From Mobula hypostoma (Eukaryota), in the NCBI RefSeq assembly GCF_963921235.1, contig NC_086101.1, positions 1,302,001 to 1,366,000 on the forward strand: 64,000 bases of DNA. The letters are read 5' to 3'. The position numbers and the translations under genes were made by a program. The notes beneath the pieces are model-generated. The model searched no databases, was not told where the DNA came from, and worked only from the letters and a program-made list of their open reading frames with translations. Every line of letters begins with the position of its first letter. The stretch's first letter is position 1. This document shows positions 1 to 15,071 of the stretch, in pieces.

Positions 1-3000
1 TACGAGGAGGATGGTGGAGAGACGGGGAGTCAGTGGAGAGATGGGGAGGACGGAGAAGAGACGGGGAGGACGGTGGAGAGACGGGGAGGACGGTGGAGAG
101 ACGGGGAGTCGGAGGAGAGACGGGGAGTCGGAGGAGTGAGGGGGAGGACGGAGGAGAGACGGAGAGGACGGAGGAGAGACGGGGAGGACGGTGGAGAGAC
201 GGGGAGTCGGAGGAGAGACGAGGAAGACGGTGGAGAGACGGGGAGTCGGAGGAGAGACGGGGAGGACGGAGGAGAGACGGGGAGGACGGAGGAGAGACGG
301 GGAGGACGGTGGAGAGACGGGGAGTCGGTGGAGAGACGAGGAGGACGGTGGAGAGACGGGGAGTCAGTGGAGAGATGGGGAGTCGGAGAAGAGACCAGGA
401 AGACAGAGGAGAGACGGGGAGACGGAGGAGAGACGTGGAGTCGGAGGAGAGACGGGGAGGGCGGAGGAGAGACTGGGAGGAGATACGAGGAGGACAGTGG
501 AGAGACGGGGAGGACGGTGGAGAGACGGGGAGGACGGTGGAGAGACGGGGAGTCGGAGGAGAGACGGGGAGTCGGAGGAGAGACGGGGAGTCGGAGGAGA
601 GACGGGGAGTCGGAGGAGAGACGGAGAGGATGGAGGAGAGACAGGCAGTCGGAGGAGAGACGAGGAGGACAGTGGAGAGACAGGGAGTCGGAAGAGAGAC
701 CAGGAAGACGGTGGAGAGACGGGGAGTCGGCGGAGACACGGGGAGTCGGAGGAGAGACAGGGAGTCGGTGGAGAGACGAGGAGGACGGTGGAGAGACGGG
801 GAGTCAGAGGAGAGACGGGAAGGACGGAGGAGAGACGGAGGAGGACGGTGGAGAGACGGGGAGTCGGAGGAGAGACGGGGAGTCGGAGGAGAGACGGGGA
901 GTCGGAGGAGAGACGAGGAGGATGGTGGAGAGGCGAGGAGTCGGAGGAGAGATGGGTTTTTGACGGGGAGTCGGAGGAGAGACGGGGAGGACGGAGGAGA
1001 GACGGAGGAGGACGGTGGAGAGACGGGGAGTAGGTGGAGAGACGGGGAGTCGGTGGAGAGACAGGGAGTCGGAGAAGAGACGAGGAAGACGGTGGAGAGA
1101 CGGGGAGTCGGAGGAGAGACGGGGAGGATGGAGGAGACACGGGGAGGACGGAGGAGAGACGGGGAGTCGGAGGAGAGACGAGGAGTCGGAGGAGAGACGG
1201 GGAGTCGGAGGAGAGACGGGGAGTCGGAGGAGAGACGGGGAGGATGGAGGAGAGACAGGCAGTCGGAGGAGAGACGAGGAGGACAGTGGAGAGACAGGGA
1301 GTTGGAAGAGAGACCAGGAAGACGGTGGAGAGACGGGGAGTCGGCGGAGACACGAGGAGTCGGAGGAGAGACGAGGAGTCAGAGGAGAGACGGGATTTTG
1401 ACGGGGAGTCGGAGGAGAGACGGGGAGGATGGTGGAGAGACGAGGAGTCAGAGGAGAGACGGAGAGGACGGAGAAGAGACGGGGAGGAAGGAGGAGAGAC
1501 AGGGAGAACGGAGGAGAAACGGGGAGGACGGTGCAGAGACGGGGTGTCGGGGGACAGACGGGGAGTCGGGGGAGAGACGAGGAGACGGAGGAGAGACGGG
1601 GAGACGGAGGAGAGACGGGGAGGGCGGAGGAGAGACTGGGAGTCGGAGGAGATACGAGGAGGACAGTGGGGAGACAGGAAGTCGGAGGAGAGACCAGGAA
1701 GACGGAGGAGAGACGGGGAGTCGGAGGAGAGACGGGGAGTCGGAGGAGAGACGGGGAGGACGGAGGAGAGACAGGCAGTCGGAGGAGAGACGAGGAGGAC
1801 AGTGGAGAGACAGGGAGTCGGAAGGGAGACCAGGAAGACGGTGGAGAGACGGGGAGTCGGCGGAGACACGGGGAGTCGGAGGAGAGACGAGGAGTCAGAG
1901 GAGAGACGGGATATTGACGGGGAGTCGGAGGAGAGACGGGGAGGATGGTGGAGAGACGAGGAGTCAGAGGAGAGACGGAGAGGACGGAGAAGAGACGGGG
2001 AGGAAGGAGGAGAGACAGGGAGAACGGAGGAGAAACGGGGAGGACGGTGCAGAGACGGGGTGTCGGGGGACAGACGGGGAGTCGGGGGAGAGACGGGGAG
2101 GGCGAAGGAGAGACTGGGAGTCGGAGGAGATACGAGGAGGACAGTGGGGAGACAGGAAGTCGGAGGAGAGACCAGGAAGACGGAGGAGAGACGGGGAGTC
2201 GGAGGAGAGACGGGGAGACGGAGAATAGACGGGGAGTCGGAGGAGATACGAGGAGGACGGTGGAGAGACGGGGAGTCAGTGGAGAGATGGGGAGTCGGAG
2301 AAGAGACCAGGAAGACGGAGGAGTGACGGGGAGACGGAGGAGAGACGGGGAGTCGGAGGAGAGACGGGGAGGGCGGAGGAGAGACTGGGAGGAGATACGA
2401 GGAGGACAGTGGAGAGACGGGGAGGACGGTGGAGAGACGGGGAGGACGGTGGAGAGACGGGGAGTCGGAGGAGAGACGGGGAGTCGGAGGAGAGACGGGG
2501 AGTCGGAAGAGAGACGGGGAGTCGGAGGAGAGACGGAGAGGATGGAGGAGAGACAGGCAGTCGGAGGAGAGACGAGGAGGACAGTGGAGAGACAGGGAGT
2601 CGGAGGAGAGACCAGGAATACGGAGGAGAGACGGGGAGACAGAGGAGAGACGGGGAGTCGGAGGAGAGACGGGGAGACGGAGGAGAGACGGGGAGTCGGA
2701 GGAGAGACGGGGAGTCGGAGGAGAGACAGGGAGTCGGAGGAGAGACGAGGAGGATGGTGGAGAGACGAGGAGTCGAAGGAGAGACGGGGTTTTTGACGGG
2801 GAGTCGGAGAAGAGACGGGGAGGACGGAGGAGAGACGGAGGAGGACGGTGGAGAGACGGGGAGTCGGTGGAGAGACAGGGAGTCGGAGAAGAGACGAGGA
2901 AGACGGTGGAGAGACGGGGAGTCGGAGGAGAGACGGGGAGGATGGAGGAGACACGGGGAGGACGGAGGAGAGACGGGGAGTCGGAGGAGAGACGGGGAGT

Positions 3001-6000
3001 CGGAGGAGAGACGGGGAGTCGGAGGAGAGACGGGGAGTCGGAGGAGAGACGGGGAGGATGGAGGAGAGACAGGCAGTCGGAGGAGAGACGAGGAGGACAG
3101 TGGAGAGACAGGGAGTCGGAAGAGAGACCAGGAAGACGGTGGAGAGACGGGGAGTCGGCGGAGACACGAGGAGTCGGAGGAGAGACGAGGAGTCAGAGGA
3201 GAGACGGGATTTTGACGGGGAGTCGGAGGAGAGACGGGGAGGATGGTGGAGAGACGAGGAGTCAGAGGAGAGACGGAGAGGACGGAGAAGAGACGGGGAG
3301 GAAGGAGGAGAGACAGGGAGAACGGAGGAGAAACGGGGAGGACGGTGCAGAGACTGGGTGTCGGGGGACAGACGGGGAGTCGGGGGAGAGACGGGGAGGG
3401 CGAATACGAGGAGGACAGTGGGGAGACAGGAAGTCGGAGGAGAGACCAGGAAGACGGAGGAGAGACGGGGAGTCGGAGGAGAGACGGGGAGACGGAGAAG
3501 AGACGGGGAGTCGGAGGAGATACGAGGAGGACGGTGGAGAGACGGGGAGTCAGTGGAGAGATGGGGAGTCGGAGAAGAGACCAGGAAGACGGAGGAGTGA
3601 CGGGGAGACGGAGGAGAGACGGGGAGTCGGAGGAGAGACGGGGAGGGCGGAGGAGAGACTGGGAGGAGATACGAGGAGGACAGTGGAGAGACGGGGAGGA
3701 CGGTGGAGAGACGGGGAGGACGGTGGAGAGACGGGGAGTCGGAGGAGAGACGGGGAGTCGGAGGAGAGACGGGGAGTCGGAAGAGAGACGGGGAGTCGGA
3801 GGAGAGACGGAGAGGATGGAGGAGAGACAGGCAGTCGGAGGAGAGACGAGGAGGACAGTGGAGAGACAGGGAGTCGGAAGAGAGACCAGGAAGACGGTGG
3901 AGAGACGGGGAGTCGGCGGAGACACGGGGAGTCGGAGGAGAGACAGGGAGTCGGTGGAGAGAGGAGGAGGACGGTGGAGAGACGGGGAGTCAGAGGAGAG
4001 ACGGGAAGGACGGAGGAGAGACGGAGGAGGACGGTGGAGAGACGGGGAGTCGGAGGAGAGACGGGGAGTCGGAGGAGAGACAGGGAGTCGGAGGAGAGAC
4101 GAGGAGGATGGTGGAGAGGCGAGGAGTCGGAGGAGAGATGGGGTTTTTGACGGGGAGTCGGAGGATAGACGGGGAGGACGGAGGAGAGACGGAGGAGGAC
4201 GGTGGAGAGACGGGGAGTAGGTGGAGAGACGGGGAGTCGGTGGAGAGACAGGGAGTCGGAGAAGAGAGGAGGAAGACGGTGGAGAGATGGGGAGTCGGAG
4301 GAGAGACGGGGAGGATGGAGGAGACACGGGGAGGACGGAGGAGAGACGGGGAGTCGGAGGAGAGATGAGGAGTCGGAGGAGAGACGGGGAGTCGGAGGAG
4401 AGACGGGGAGTCGGAGGAGAGACGGGGAGGATGGAGGAGAGACAGGCAGTCGGAGGAGAGACGAGGAGGACAGTGGAGAGACAGGGAGTCGGAAGAGAGA
4501 CCAGGTAGACGGTGGAGAGACGGGGAGTCGGCGGAGACACGAGGAGTCGGAGGAGAGACGAGGAGTCAGAGGAGAGACGGGATTTTGACGGGGAGTCGGA
4601 GGAGAGACGGGGAGGATGGTGGAGAGACGAGGAGTCAGAGGAGAGACGGAGAGGACGGAGAAGAGACGGGGAGGAAGGAGGAGAGACAGGGAGAACGGAG
4701 GAGAAACGGGGAGGACGGTGCAGAGACGGGGTGTCGGGGGACAGACGGGGAGTCGGGGGAGAGACGAGGAGACGGAGGAGAGACGGGGAGACGGAGGAGA
4801 GACGGGGAGGGCGAAGGAGAGACTGGGAGTCGGAGGAGATACGAGGAGGACAGTGGGGAGACAGGAAGTCGGAGGAGAGACCAGGAAGACGGAGGAGAGA
4901 CGGGGAGTCGGAGGAGAGACGGGGAGACGGAGAAGAGACGGGGAGTCGGAGGAGATACGAGGAGGACGGTGGAGAGACGGGGAGTCAGTGGAGAGATGGG
5001 GAGTCGGAGAAGAGACCAGGAAGACGGAGGAGAGACGGGGAGACGGAGGAGAGACGGGGAGTCGGAGGAGTGACGGGGAGGACGGAGGAGAGACGGGGAG
5101 GACGGAGGAGAGACGGGGAGGATGGAGGAGAGACGGGTAGTCGAAGGAGAGACGAGGAAGACGGTGGAGAGACGGGGAGTCGGAGGAGACACAGGGAGTC
5201 GGAGGAGAGACAGGGAGTCAGTGGAGAGACGAGCAGGACGGTGGAGAGACGAAGAGTCGGAGGAGAGACGAGGAGTCAGAGGAGAGACGGGATTTTGACG
5301 GGGAGTCGGAGGAGAGACGGGGAGGACGGAGGAGAGACGGGGAGGATGGAGGAGAGACGGGGAGTCGAAGGAGAGACGAGGAAGACGGTGGAGAGACGAG
5401 CAGGACGGTGGAGAGACGAAGAGTCGGAGGAGTGACGAGGAGTCAGAGGAGAGACGGGATTTTGACGGGGAGTCGGAGGAGAGACGGGGAGGACGGAGGA
5501 GAGACGGGGAGGATGGAGGAGAGACGGGTAGTCGAAGGAGAGACGAGGAAGACGGTGGAGAGACGGGGAGTCGGAGGAGACACAGGGAGTCGGAGGAGAG
5601 ACAGGGAGTTGGTGGAGAGACGAGCAGGACGGTGGAGAGACGAAGAGTCGGAGGAGAGACGAGGAGTCAGAGGAGAGACGGGATTTTGACGGGGAGTCGG
5701 AGGATAGACGGGGAGTCGGAGGATAGACGGGGAGGATGGTGGAGAGACGGGGAGTCGGATAAGAGACGAGGAGTCAGAGGAGAGACGGAGAGGACGGAGA
5801 AGAGACGGGGAGGAAGGAGGAGAGACAGGAAGGACGGAGGAGAAACGGGGAGGACGGTGCAGAGACGGGGTATCGGGGGACAGACGGGGAGTCGGGGGAG
5901 AGACGAGGAGACGGAGGAGAGACGGCTAGACGGAGGAGAGACGGGGAGGGTGGAGGAGAGACTGGGAGTCAGAGGAGATACGAGGAGGACAGTGGGGAGT

Positions 6001-9000
6001 CAGTAAGTCGGAGGAGAGACCAGGAAGACGGAGGAGAGACGGGGAGACGGAGGAGAGACGGGGAGTCGGAGGAGAGACGGGGAGACGGAGGAGTGACGGG
6101 GAGTCGGAGGAGATACGAGGAGGATGGTGGAGAGACGGGGAGTCAGTGGAGAGATGGGGAGGACGGAGAAGAGACGGGGAGGACGGTGGAGAGACGGGGA
6201 GGACGGTGGAGAGACGGGGAGTCGGAGGAGAGACGGGGAGTCGGAGGAGTGAGGGGGAGGACGGAGGAGAGACGGAGAGGACGGAGGAGAGACGGGGAGG
6301 ACGGTGGAGAGACGGGGAGTCGAAGGAGAGACGAGGAAGACGGTGGAGAGACGGGGAGTCGGAGGAGAGACGGGGAGGACGGAGGAGAGACGGGGAGGAC
6401 GGAGGAGAGACGGGGAGGACGGTGGAGAGACGGGGAGTCGGTGGAGAGACGAGGAGGACGGTGGAGAGACGGGGAGTCAGTGGAGAGATGGGGAGTTGGA
6501 GAAGAGACCAGGAAGACGGAGGAGAGACGGGGAGACGGAGGAGAGACGGGGAGTCGGAGGAGAGACGGGGAGGAGATACGAGGAGGACAGTGGAGAGACG
6601 GGGAGGACGGTGGAGAGACGGGGAGGACGGTGGAGAGACGGGGAGTCGGAGGAGAGACGGGGAGTCGGAGGAGAGACGGGGAGTCGGAGGAAAGACGGGG
6701 AGTCGGAGGAGAGACGGAGAGGATGGAGGAGAGACAGGCAGTCGGAGGAGAGACGAGGAGGACAGTGGAGAGACAGGGAGTCGGAAGAGAGACCAGGAAG
6801 ACGGTGGAGAGACGGGGAGTCGGCGGAGACACGAGGAGTCGGAGGAGAGACGAGGAGTCAGAGGAGAGACGGGATTTTGACGGGTAGTCGGAGCAGAGAC
6901 GGGGAGGATGGTGGAGAGACGAGGAGTCAGAGGAGAGACGGAGAGGACGGAGAAGAGACGGGGAGGAAGGAGGAGAGACAGGGAGAACGGAGGAGAAACG
7001 GGGAGGACGGTGCAGAGACGGGGTGTCGGGGGACAGACGGGGAGTCGGGGGAGAGACGAGGAGACGGAGGAGAGACGGGGAGACGGAGGAGAGACGGGGA
7101 GGGCGGAGGAGAGACTGGGAGTCGGAGGAGATACGAGGAGGACAGTGGGGAGACAGGAAGTCGGAGGAGAGACCAGGAAGACGGAGGAGAGACGGGGAGA
7201 CGGAGGAGAGACGGAGGAGGACGGTGGAGAGACGGGGAGTCGGTGGAGAGACGGGGAGTCGGAGGAGAGACGGGGAGTCGGAGAAGAGACGAGGAAGACG
7301 GTGGAGAGACGGGGAGTCCGAGGAGAGACGGGGAGGATGGAGGAGACACGGGGAGGACGGAGGAGAGACGGGGAGTCGGAGGAGAGACGGGGAGTCGGAG
7401 GAGAGACGGGGAGTCGGAGGAGAGACGGGGAGTCGGAGGAGAGACGGGGAGGATGGAGGAGAGACAGGCAGTCGGAGGAGAGACGAGGAGGACAGTGGAG
7501 AGACAGGGAGTCGGAAGAGAGACCAGGAAGACGGTGGAGAGACGGGGAGTCGGCGGAGAGACGAGGAGTCGGAGGAGAGACGAGGAGTCAGAGGAAAGAC
7601 GGGATTTTGACGGGGAGTCGGAGGAGAGACGGGGAGGATGGTGGAGAGACGAGGAGTCAGAGGAGAGACGGAGAGGACGGAGAAGAGACGGGGAGGAAGG
7701 AGGAGAGACAGGGAGAACGGAGGAGAAACGGGGAGGACGGTGCAGAGACGGGGTGTCGGGGGAGAGACGGGGAGTCGGGGGAGAGACGGGGAGGACAGTG
7801 GGGCGACAGGAAGTCGGAGGAGAGACCAGGAAGACGGAGGAGAGACGGGGAGTCGGAGGAGAGACGGGGAGACGGAGGAGAGACGGGGAGTCGGAGGAGA
7901 TACGAGGAGGACGGTGGAGAGACGGGGAGTCAGTGGAGAGATGGGGAGTCGGAGAAGAGACCAGGAAGACGGAGGAGAGACGGGGAGACGGAGGAGAGAC
8001 GGGGAGTCGGAGGAGAGACGGGGAGGGCGGAGGAGAGACTGGGAGGAGATACGAGGAGGACGGTGGAGAGACGGGGAGGACGGTGGAGAGACGGGGAGTC
8101 GGAGGAGAGACGGGGAGTCGGAGGAGAGACGGGGAGTCGGAGGAGAGACGGGGAGTCGGAGGAGAGACGGAGAGGATGGAGGAGAGACAGGCAGTCGGAG
8201 GAGAGACGAGGAGGACAGTGGAGAGACAGGGAGTCGGAGGAGAGACCAGGAAGACGGAGGAGAGACGGGGAGACAGAGGAGAGACGGGGAGTCGGAGGAG
8301 AGACGGGGAGGACGGAGGAGAGACGGGGAGTCGGAGGAGAGACGGGGAGTCGGAGGAGAGACAGGGAGTCGGAGGAGAGACGAGGAGGATGGTGGAGAGG
8401 CGAGGAGTCGGAGGAGAGATGGGGTTTTTGACGGGGAGTCGGAGGATAGACGGGTAGGACGGAGGAGAGACGGAGGAGGACGGTGGAGAGACGGGGAGTC
8501 GGTGGAGAGACAGGGAGTCGGAGAAGAGACGAGGAAGACGGTGGAGAGACGGGGAGTCGGAGGAGAGACGGGGAGGATGGAGGAGACACGGGGAGGACGG
8601 AGGAGAGACGGGGAGTCGGAGGAGAGATGAGGAGTCGGAGAGACGGGGAGTCGGAGGAGAGACGGGGAGTCGGAGGAGAGACGGGGAGGATGGAGGAGAG
8701 ACAGGCAGTCGGAGGAGAGACGAGGAGGACAGTGGAGAGACAGGGAGTCGGAAGAGAGACCAGGAAGACGGTGGAGAGACGGGGAGTCGGCGGAGACACG
8801 AGGAGTCGGAGGAGAGACGAGGAGTCAGAGGAGAGACGGGATTTTGACGGGGAGTCGGAGGAGAGACGGGGAGGATGGTGGAGAGACGAGGAGTCAGAGG
8901 AGAGACGGAGAGGACGGAGAAGAGACGGGGAGGAAGGAGGAGAGACAGGGAGAACGGAGGAGAAACGGGGAGGACGGTGCAGAGACTGGGTGTCGGGGGA

Positions 9001-12000
9001 CAGACGGGGAGTCGGGGGAGAGACGGGGAGGGCGAAGGAGAGACTGGGAGTCGGAGGAGATACGAGGAGGACAGTGGGGAGACAGGAAGTCGGAGGAGAG
9101 ACCAGGAAGACGGAGGAGAGACGGGGAGTCGGAGGAGAGACGGGGAGACGGAGAAGAGACGGGGAGTCGGAGGAGATACGAGGAGGACGGTGGAGAGACG
9201 GGGAGTCAGTGGAGAGATGGGGAGTCGGAGAAGAGACCAGGAAGACGGAGGAGTGACGGGGAGACGGAGGAGAGACGGGGAGTCGGAGGAGAGACGGGGA
9301 GGGCGGAGGAGAGACTGGGAGGAGATACGAGGAGGACAGTGGAGAGACGGGGAGGACGGTGGAGAGACGGGGAGGACGGTGGAGAGACGGGGAGTCGGAG
9401 GAGAGACGGGGAGTCGGAGGAGAGACGGGGAGTCGGAAGAGAGACGGGGAGTCGGAGGAGAGACGGAGAGGATGGAGGAGAGACAGGCAGTCGGAGGAGA
9501 GACGAGGAGGACAGTGGAGAGACAGGGAGTCGGAAGAGAGACGAGGAAGACGGTGGAGAGACGGGGAGTCGGCGGAGACACGGGGAGTCGGAGGAGAGAC
9601 AGGGAGTCGGTGGAGAGATGAGGAGGACGGTGGAGAGACGGGGAGTCAGAGGAGAGACGGGAAGGACGGAGGAGAGACGGAGGAGGACGGTGGAGAGACG
9701 GGGAGTCGGAGGAGAGACGGGGAGTCGGAGGAGAGACAGGGAGTCGGAGGAGAGACGAGGAGGATGGTGGAGAGACGAGGAGTCGGAGGAGAGATGGGGT
9801 TTTTGACGGGGAGTCGGAGGATAGACGGGGAGGACGGAGGAGAGACGGAGGAGGACGGTGGAGAGACGGGGAGTAGGTGGAGAGACGGGGAGTCGGTGGA
9901 GAGACAGGGAGTCGGAGAAGAGAGGAGGAAGACGGAGGAGAGACGGGGAGTCGGAGGAGAGATGAGGAGTCGGAGGAGAGACGGGGAGTCGGAGGAGAGA
10001 CGGGGAGTCGGAGGAGAGACGGGGAGGATGGAGGAGAGACAGGCAGTCGGAGGAGAGACGAGGAGGACAGTGGAGAGACAGGGAGTCGGAAGAGAGACCA
10101 GGTAGACGGTGGAGAGACGGGGAGTCGGCGGAGACACGAGGAGTCGGAGGAGAGACGAGGAGTCAGAGGAGAGACGGGATTTTGACGGGGAGTCGGAGGA
10201 GAGACGGGGAGGATGGTGGAGAGACGAGGAGTCAGAGGAGAGACGGAGAGGACGGAGAAGAGACGGGGAGGAAGGAGGAGAGACAGGGAGAACGGAGGAG
10301 AAACGGGGAGGACGGTGCAGAGACGGGGTGTCGGGGGACAGACGGGGAGTCGGGGGAGAGACGAGGAGACGGAGGAGAGACGGGGAGACGGAGGAGAGAC
10401 GGGGAGGGCGAAGGAGAGACTGGGAGTCGGAGGAGATACGAGGAGGACAGTGGGGAGACAGGAAGTCGGAGGAGAGACCAGGAAGACGGAGGAGAGACGG
10501 GGAGTCGGAGGAGAGACGGGGAGACGGAGGAGAGACGGGGAGTCGGAGGAGATACGAGGAGGACGGTGGAGAGACGGGGAGTCAGTGGAGAGATGGGGAG
10601 TCGGAGAAGAGACCAGGAAGACGGAGGAGAGACGGGGAGACGGAGGAGAGACGGGGAGTCGGAGGAGAGACGGGGAGGACGGAGGAGAGACGGGGAGGAC
10701 GGAGGAGAGACGGGGAGGATGGAGGAGAGACGGGGAGTCGAAGGAGAGACGAGGAAGACGGTGGAGAGACGGGGAGTCGGAGGAGACACAGGGAGTCGGA
10801 GGAGAGACAGGGAGTCAGTGGAGAGACGAGCAGGACGGTGGAGAGACGAAGAGTCGGAGGAGAGACGAGGAGTCAGAGGAGAGACGGGATTTTGACGGGG
10901 AGTCGGAGGAGAGACGGGGAGGACGGAGGAGAGACGGGGAGGATGGAGGAGAGACGGGGAGTCGAAGGAGAGACGAGGAAGACGGTGGAGAGACGAGCAG
11001 GACGGTGGAGAGACGAAGAGTCGGAGGAGTGACGAGGAGTCAGAGGAGAGACGGGATTTTGATGGGGAGTCGGAGGAGAGACGGGGAGGACGGAGGAGAC
11101 ACGGGGAGGATGGAGGAGAGACGGGGAGTCGAAGGAGAGACGAGGAAGACGGTGGAGAGACGGGGAGTCGGAGGAGACACAGGGAGTCGGAGGAGAGACA
11201 GGGAGTTGGTGGAGAGACGAGCAGGACGGTGGAGAGACGAAGAGTCGGAGGAGAGACGAGGAGTCAGAGGAGAGACGGGATTTTGACGGGGAGTCGGAGG
11301 ATAGACGGGGAGGACGGAGGAGAGACGGGGAGGATGGTGGAGAGACGGGGAGTCGGATAAGAGACGAGGAGTCAGAGGAGAGACGGAGAGGACGGAGAAG
11401 AGACGGGGAGGAAGGAGGAGAGACAGGAAGGACGGAGGAGAAACGGGGAGGACGGTGCAGAGACGGGGTATCGGGGGACAGACGGGGAGTCGGGGGAGAG
11501 ACGAGGAGACGGTGGAGAGACGGGGAGACGGAGGAGAGACGGGGAGGGCGGAGGAGAGACTGGGAGTCGGAGGAGATACGAGGAGGACAGTGGGGAGACA
11601 GGAAGTCGGAGGAGAGACCAGGAATACGGAGGAGAGACGGGGAGACAGAGGAGAGACGGGGAGTCGGAGGAGAGACGGGGAGACGGAGGAGAGACGGGGA
11701 GTCGGAGGAGATACGAGGAGGATGGTGGAGAGACGGGGAGTCAGTGGAGAGATGGGGAGGACGGAGGAGAGACGGGGAGGACGGTGGAGAGACGGGGAGG
11801 ACGGTGGAGAGACGGGGAGTCGGAGGAGAGACGGGGAGTCGGAGGAGTGAGGGGGAGGACGGAGGAGAGACGGAGAGGACGGAGGAGAGACGGGGAGGAC
11901 GGTGGAGAGACGGGGAGTCGAAGGAGAGACGAGGAAGACGGTGGAGAGACGGGGAGTCGGAGGAGAGACGGGGAGGACGGAGGAGAGACGGGGAGGACGG

Positions 12001-15000
12001 AGGAGAGACGGGGAGGACGGTGGAGAGACGGGGAGTCGGTGGAGAGACGAGGAGGACGGTGGAGAGACGGGGAGTCAGTGGAGAGATGGGGAGTCGGAGG
12101 AGAGACCAGGAAGACGGAGGAGAGACGGGGAGACGGAGGAGAGACGGGGAGTCGGAGGAGAGACGGGGAGGGCGGAGGAGAGACTGGGAGTCGGAGGAGA
12201 TACGAGGAGGACAGTGGGGAGACGGGGAGGACGGTGGAGAGACGGGGAGGACGGTGGATAGACGGGGAGTCGGAGGACAGACGGGGAGTNNNNNNNNNNN
12301 NNNNNNNNNNNNNNNNNNNNNNNNNNNNNNNNNNNNNNNNNNNNNNNNNNNNNNNNNNNNNNNNNNNNNNNNNNNNNNNNNNNNNNNNNNNNNNNNNNNN
12401 NNNNNNNNNNNNNNNNNNNNNNNNNNNNNNNNNNNNNNNNNNNNNNNNNNNNNNNNNNNNNNNNNNNNNNNNNNNNNNNNNNNNNNNNNGGAGTCGGCGG
12501 ACAGATGGGGAGTCGGAGGAGAGACAGGGAGTCGGAGGAGAGACGGGGAGGACGGTGGAGAGACTGGGAGTTGGAGGAGAGAAAGGGAGTCGGAGGGGAG
12601 ACGGGGAGTCGGAGGAGAGAAAGGGAGTCGGAGGAGAGACGGGAGTCGGAGGAGAGACCGGGAGGATGGTGGAGAGAGGGGGAGCCGGAGGAGATACGGG
12701 AAGGTCGGTGGAGAGACGGGGAGTCGGAGGAGAGACGGGGAGGACGGTGCAGAGAGGGGGAGTCGGAGGAGATACGGGAAGGTCGGTGGAGAGACGGGGA
12801 GTCGGATGAGAGACGAGGAGGACGGTGGAGAGACGGGGAGTCGGTGGAGAGACGGGAAGTTGGAGGAGAGATTTGGAGTTGGAGAGAGACGGGGAGTCGG
12901 AGGAGAGACGAGGAGGACGGTGGAGAGATGGGGAGTCGGAGGAGACGGGGAGGACGGTGGAGAGACTGGGAGGATGGTGGACGGTGGAGAGACGGGGAAT
13001 CGGAGGTGAGACAGGGAGGACGGTGGAGAGACGGGGAGGACGGTGGGGAGACGGGGAGTCGGAGGAGGACGGGGAGGAGGAGAGACGAGGGAGTCGGAGG
13101 AGGGGACGGGGATGGAGGAGAGACGAGGAGTCGGAGGAGAGACGGGGAGTCGGAGGAGAGACGAGGAGGGAGAGACGGGGAGTCGGAGGAGAGACGGGGA
13201 GGACGGTGGAGAGACGGGGAGTCGGAGGAGAGACGGGGAGTCGGAGGAGAGACGGGGAGTCGGAGGAGAGACGGGGAGTCGGAGGAGAGACGGGGAGGAC
13301 GGTGGAGAGACGGGGAGGACGGTGGAGAGACGGGGAGTCGGAGGAGAAACCAGGAAGATGGTGGAGAGACGGGGAGACGGAGGAGAGACAGGGAGTCGGA
13401 GGAGAGACGGGGAGACGGAGGAGAGACGGGGAATCAGAGGAGATAGGAGGAGGACGGTGGAGAGACGGGGAGTCAGTGGAGAGACGGGGAGGACGGTGGA
13501 GAGACGGGGAGTCGGAGGAGAGACGGGGAGTCGGAGGAGAGACAGGGAGTCGGAGGAGAGACGGGGAGGTCGGAGGAGAGACGGGGAGTCGGAGGAGAGA
13601 CGGGGAGGACGGTGGGGAGACGGGGAGTCGGAGCAGAGACGGGGAGGACGGTGGAGAGACGGGGAGTCAGTGGAGAGACGGGGAGTCGGAGGAGAGACCA
13701 GGGAGACGGTGGAGAGACGGGGAGTCGGAGCAGAGACCAGGAAGATGGTGGAGAGACGGGGAATCGGAGGAGAGACCAGGAAGACGGAGGAGAGACGGGG
13801 AGACGGAGGAGAGACGGGGAGACGGAGGAGAGACGGGGAGTCGGAGGAGAGACGGGGAGTCGGAGGAGAGACGGGGAGTCGGAGGAGAGACGAGGAGGAC
13901 GGTGGAGAGACGGGGAGTCGGAGGAGAGACGAGGAGGACGGTGGAGAGACGGGGAGTCGGAGGAGAGACGGGGAGGACGGTGGAGAGACGGGGAGTCGGA
14001 GGAGAGACGGGGAGACGGAGGAGAGACGGGGAGTCGGAGGAGAGACGGGGAGGTCGGAGGAGAGACTGGGAGTTGGAGGAGATACGAGGAGGACAGTGGG
14101 GAGACGGGAAGTCGGAGCAGAGACCAGGAAGACGGTGGAGAGACGGGGAGTCAGTGGAGAGACGGGGAGTCGGTGGAGATTCGGGGAGGACGGAGGAGAG
14201 ACGGGGAGGACGGTGGAGAGATGGAGAGGACGGTGGAGAGACGAGGAGTCAGAGGAGAGACGGGGAGGACGGAGGAGAGACGGGGAGGACGGTGGAGAGA
14301 CGGGGAGTCGGAGTAGAGATGGGGAGTCGGTGGAGAGACGAGGAGGACGGTGGAGAGACGGGGAGTCGGAGGAGAGACGGGGAGGACGGAGGAGAGACGG
14401 GGAGGGCGGTGGAGAGACGGGGAGTCGGTGGCGAGACGGGGTTTTGACGGGGAGTCGGAGGAGAGACGGGGAGGACGGAGGAGAGACGGGGAGGACGGTG
14501 GAGAGACGGGGAGTCGGAGGAGAGACGGGGAGTCGGAGGAGAGACGAGGAGTCGGAGGAGAGACGGGGAGTCGGAGGAGAGACGGGGAGGACGGTGGAGA
14601 GACGGGGAGTCGGAGGAGAGACGGGGATGACGGTGGAGAGACGGGGAGTCTGAGGAGAGACGGAGAGGACGGTGGAGAGAGGGGAGTCGGAGGAGAGACG
14701 GGGAGTCGGTGGAGAAACGGGGAGTTGGAGGAGAGACGGGGAGTCGGAGTAGAGACAGGGAGTCGGAGGAGAGACGAGGAGGATGTAGGAGAGACGGGGA
14801 GTCGGAGGAGAGACGGGGAGTCGGTGGAGAGACGGGGAGGACGGTGGAGAGACGGGGAGTCGGTGGAGAGACGGGGAGTCGGAGGAGAGACGGGGAGGAT
14901 GGTGGAGAGACGGGGAGTCGGAGGAGAGACGGGGAGTTGGTGGAGAGACAAGGAGGACGGTGGAGAGAAGGGGAGTCGGAGGAGAGACGGGGAGGACGGA

Positions 15001-15071
15001 GGAGAGACGGGGGAGGACGGTGGAGAGACGAGGAGTCGGAGGAGAGACGGGGAGGACGGAGGAGAGACGAG

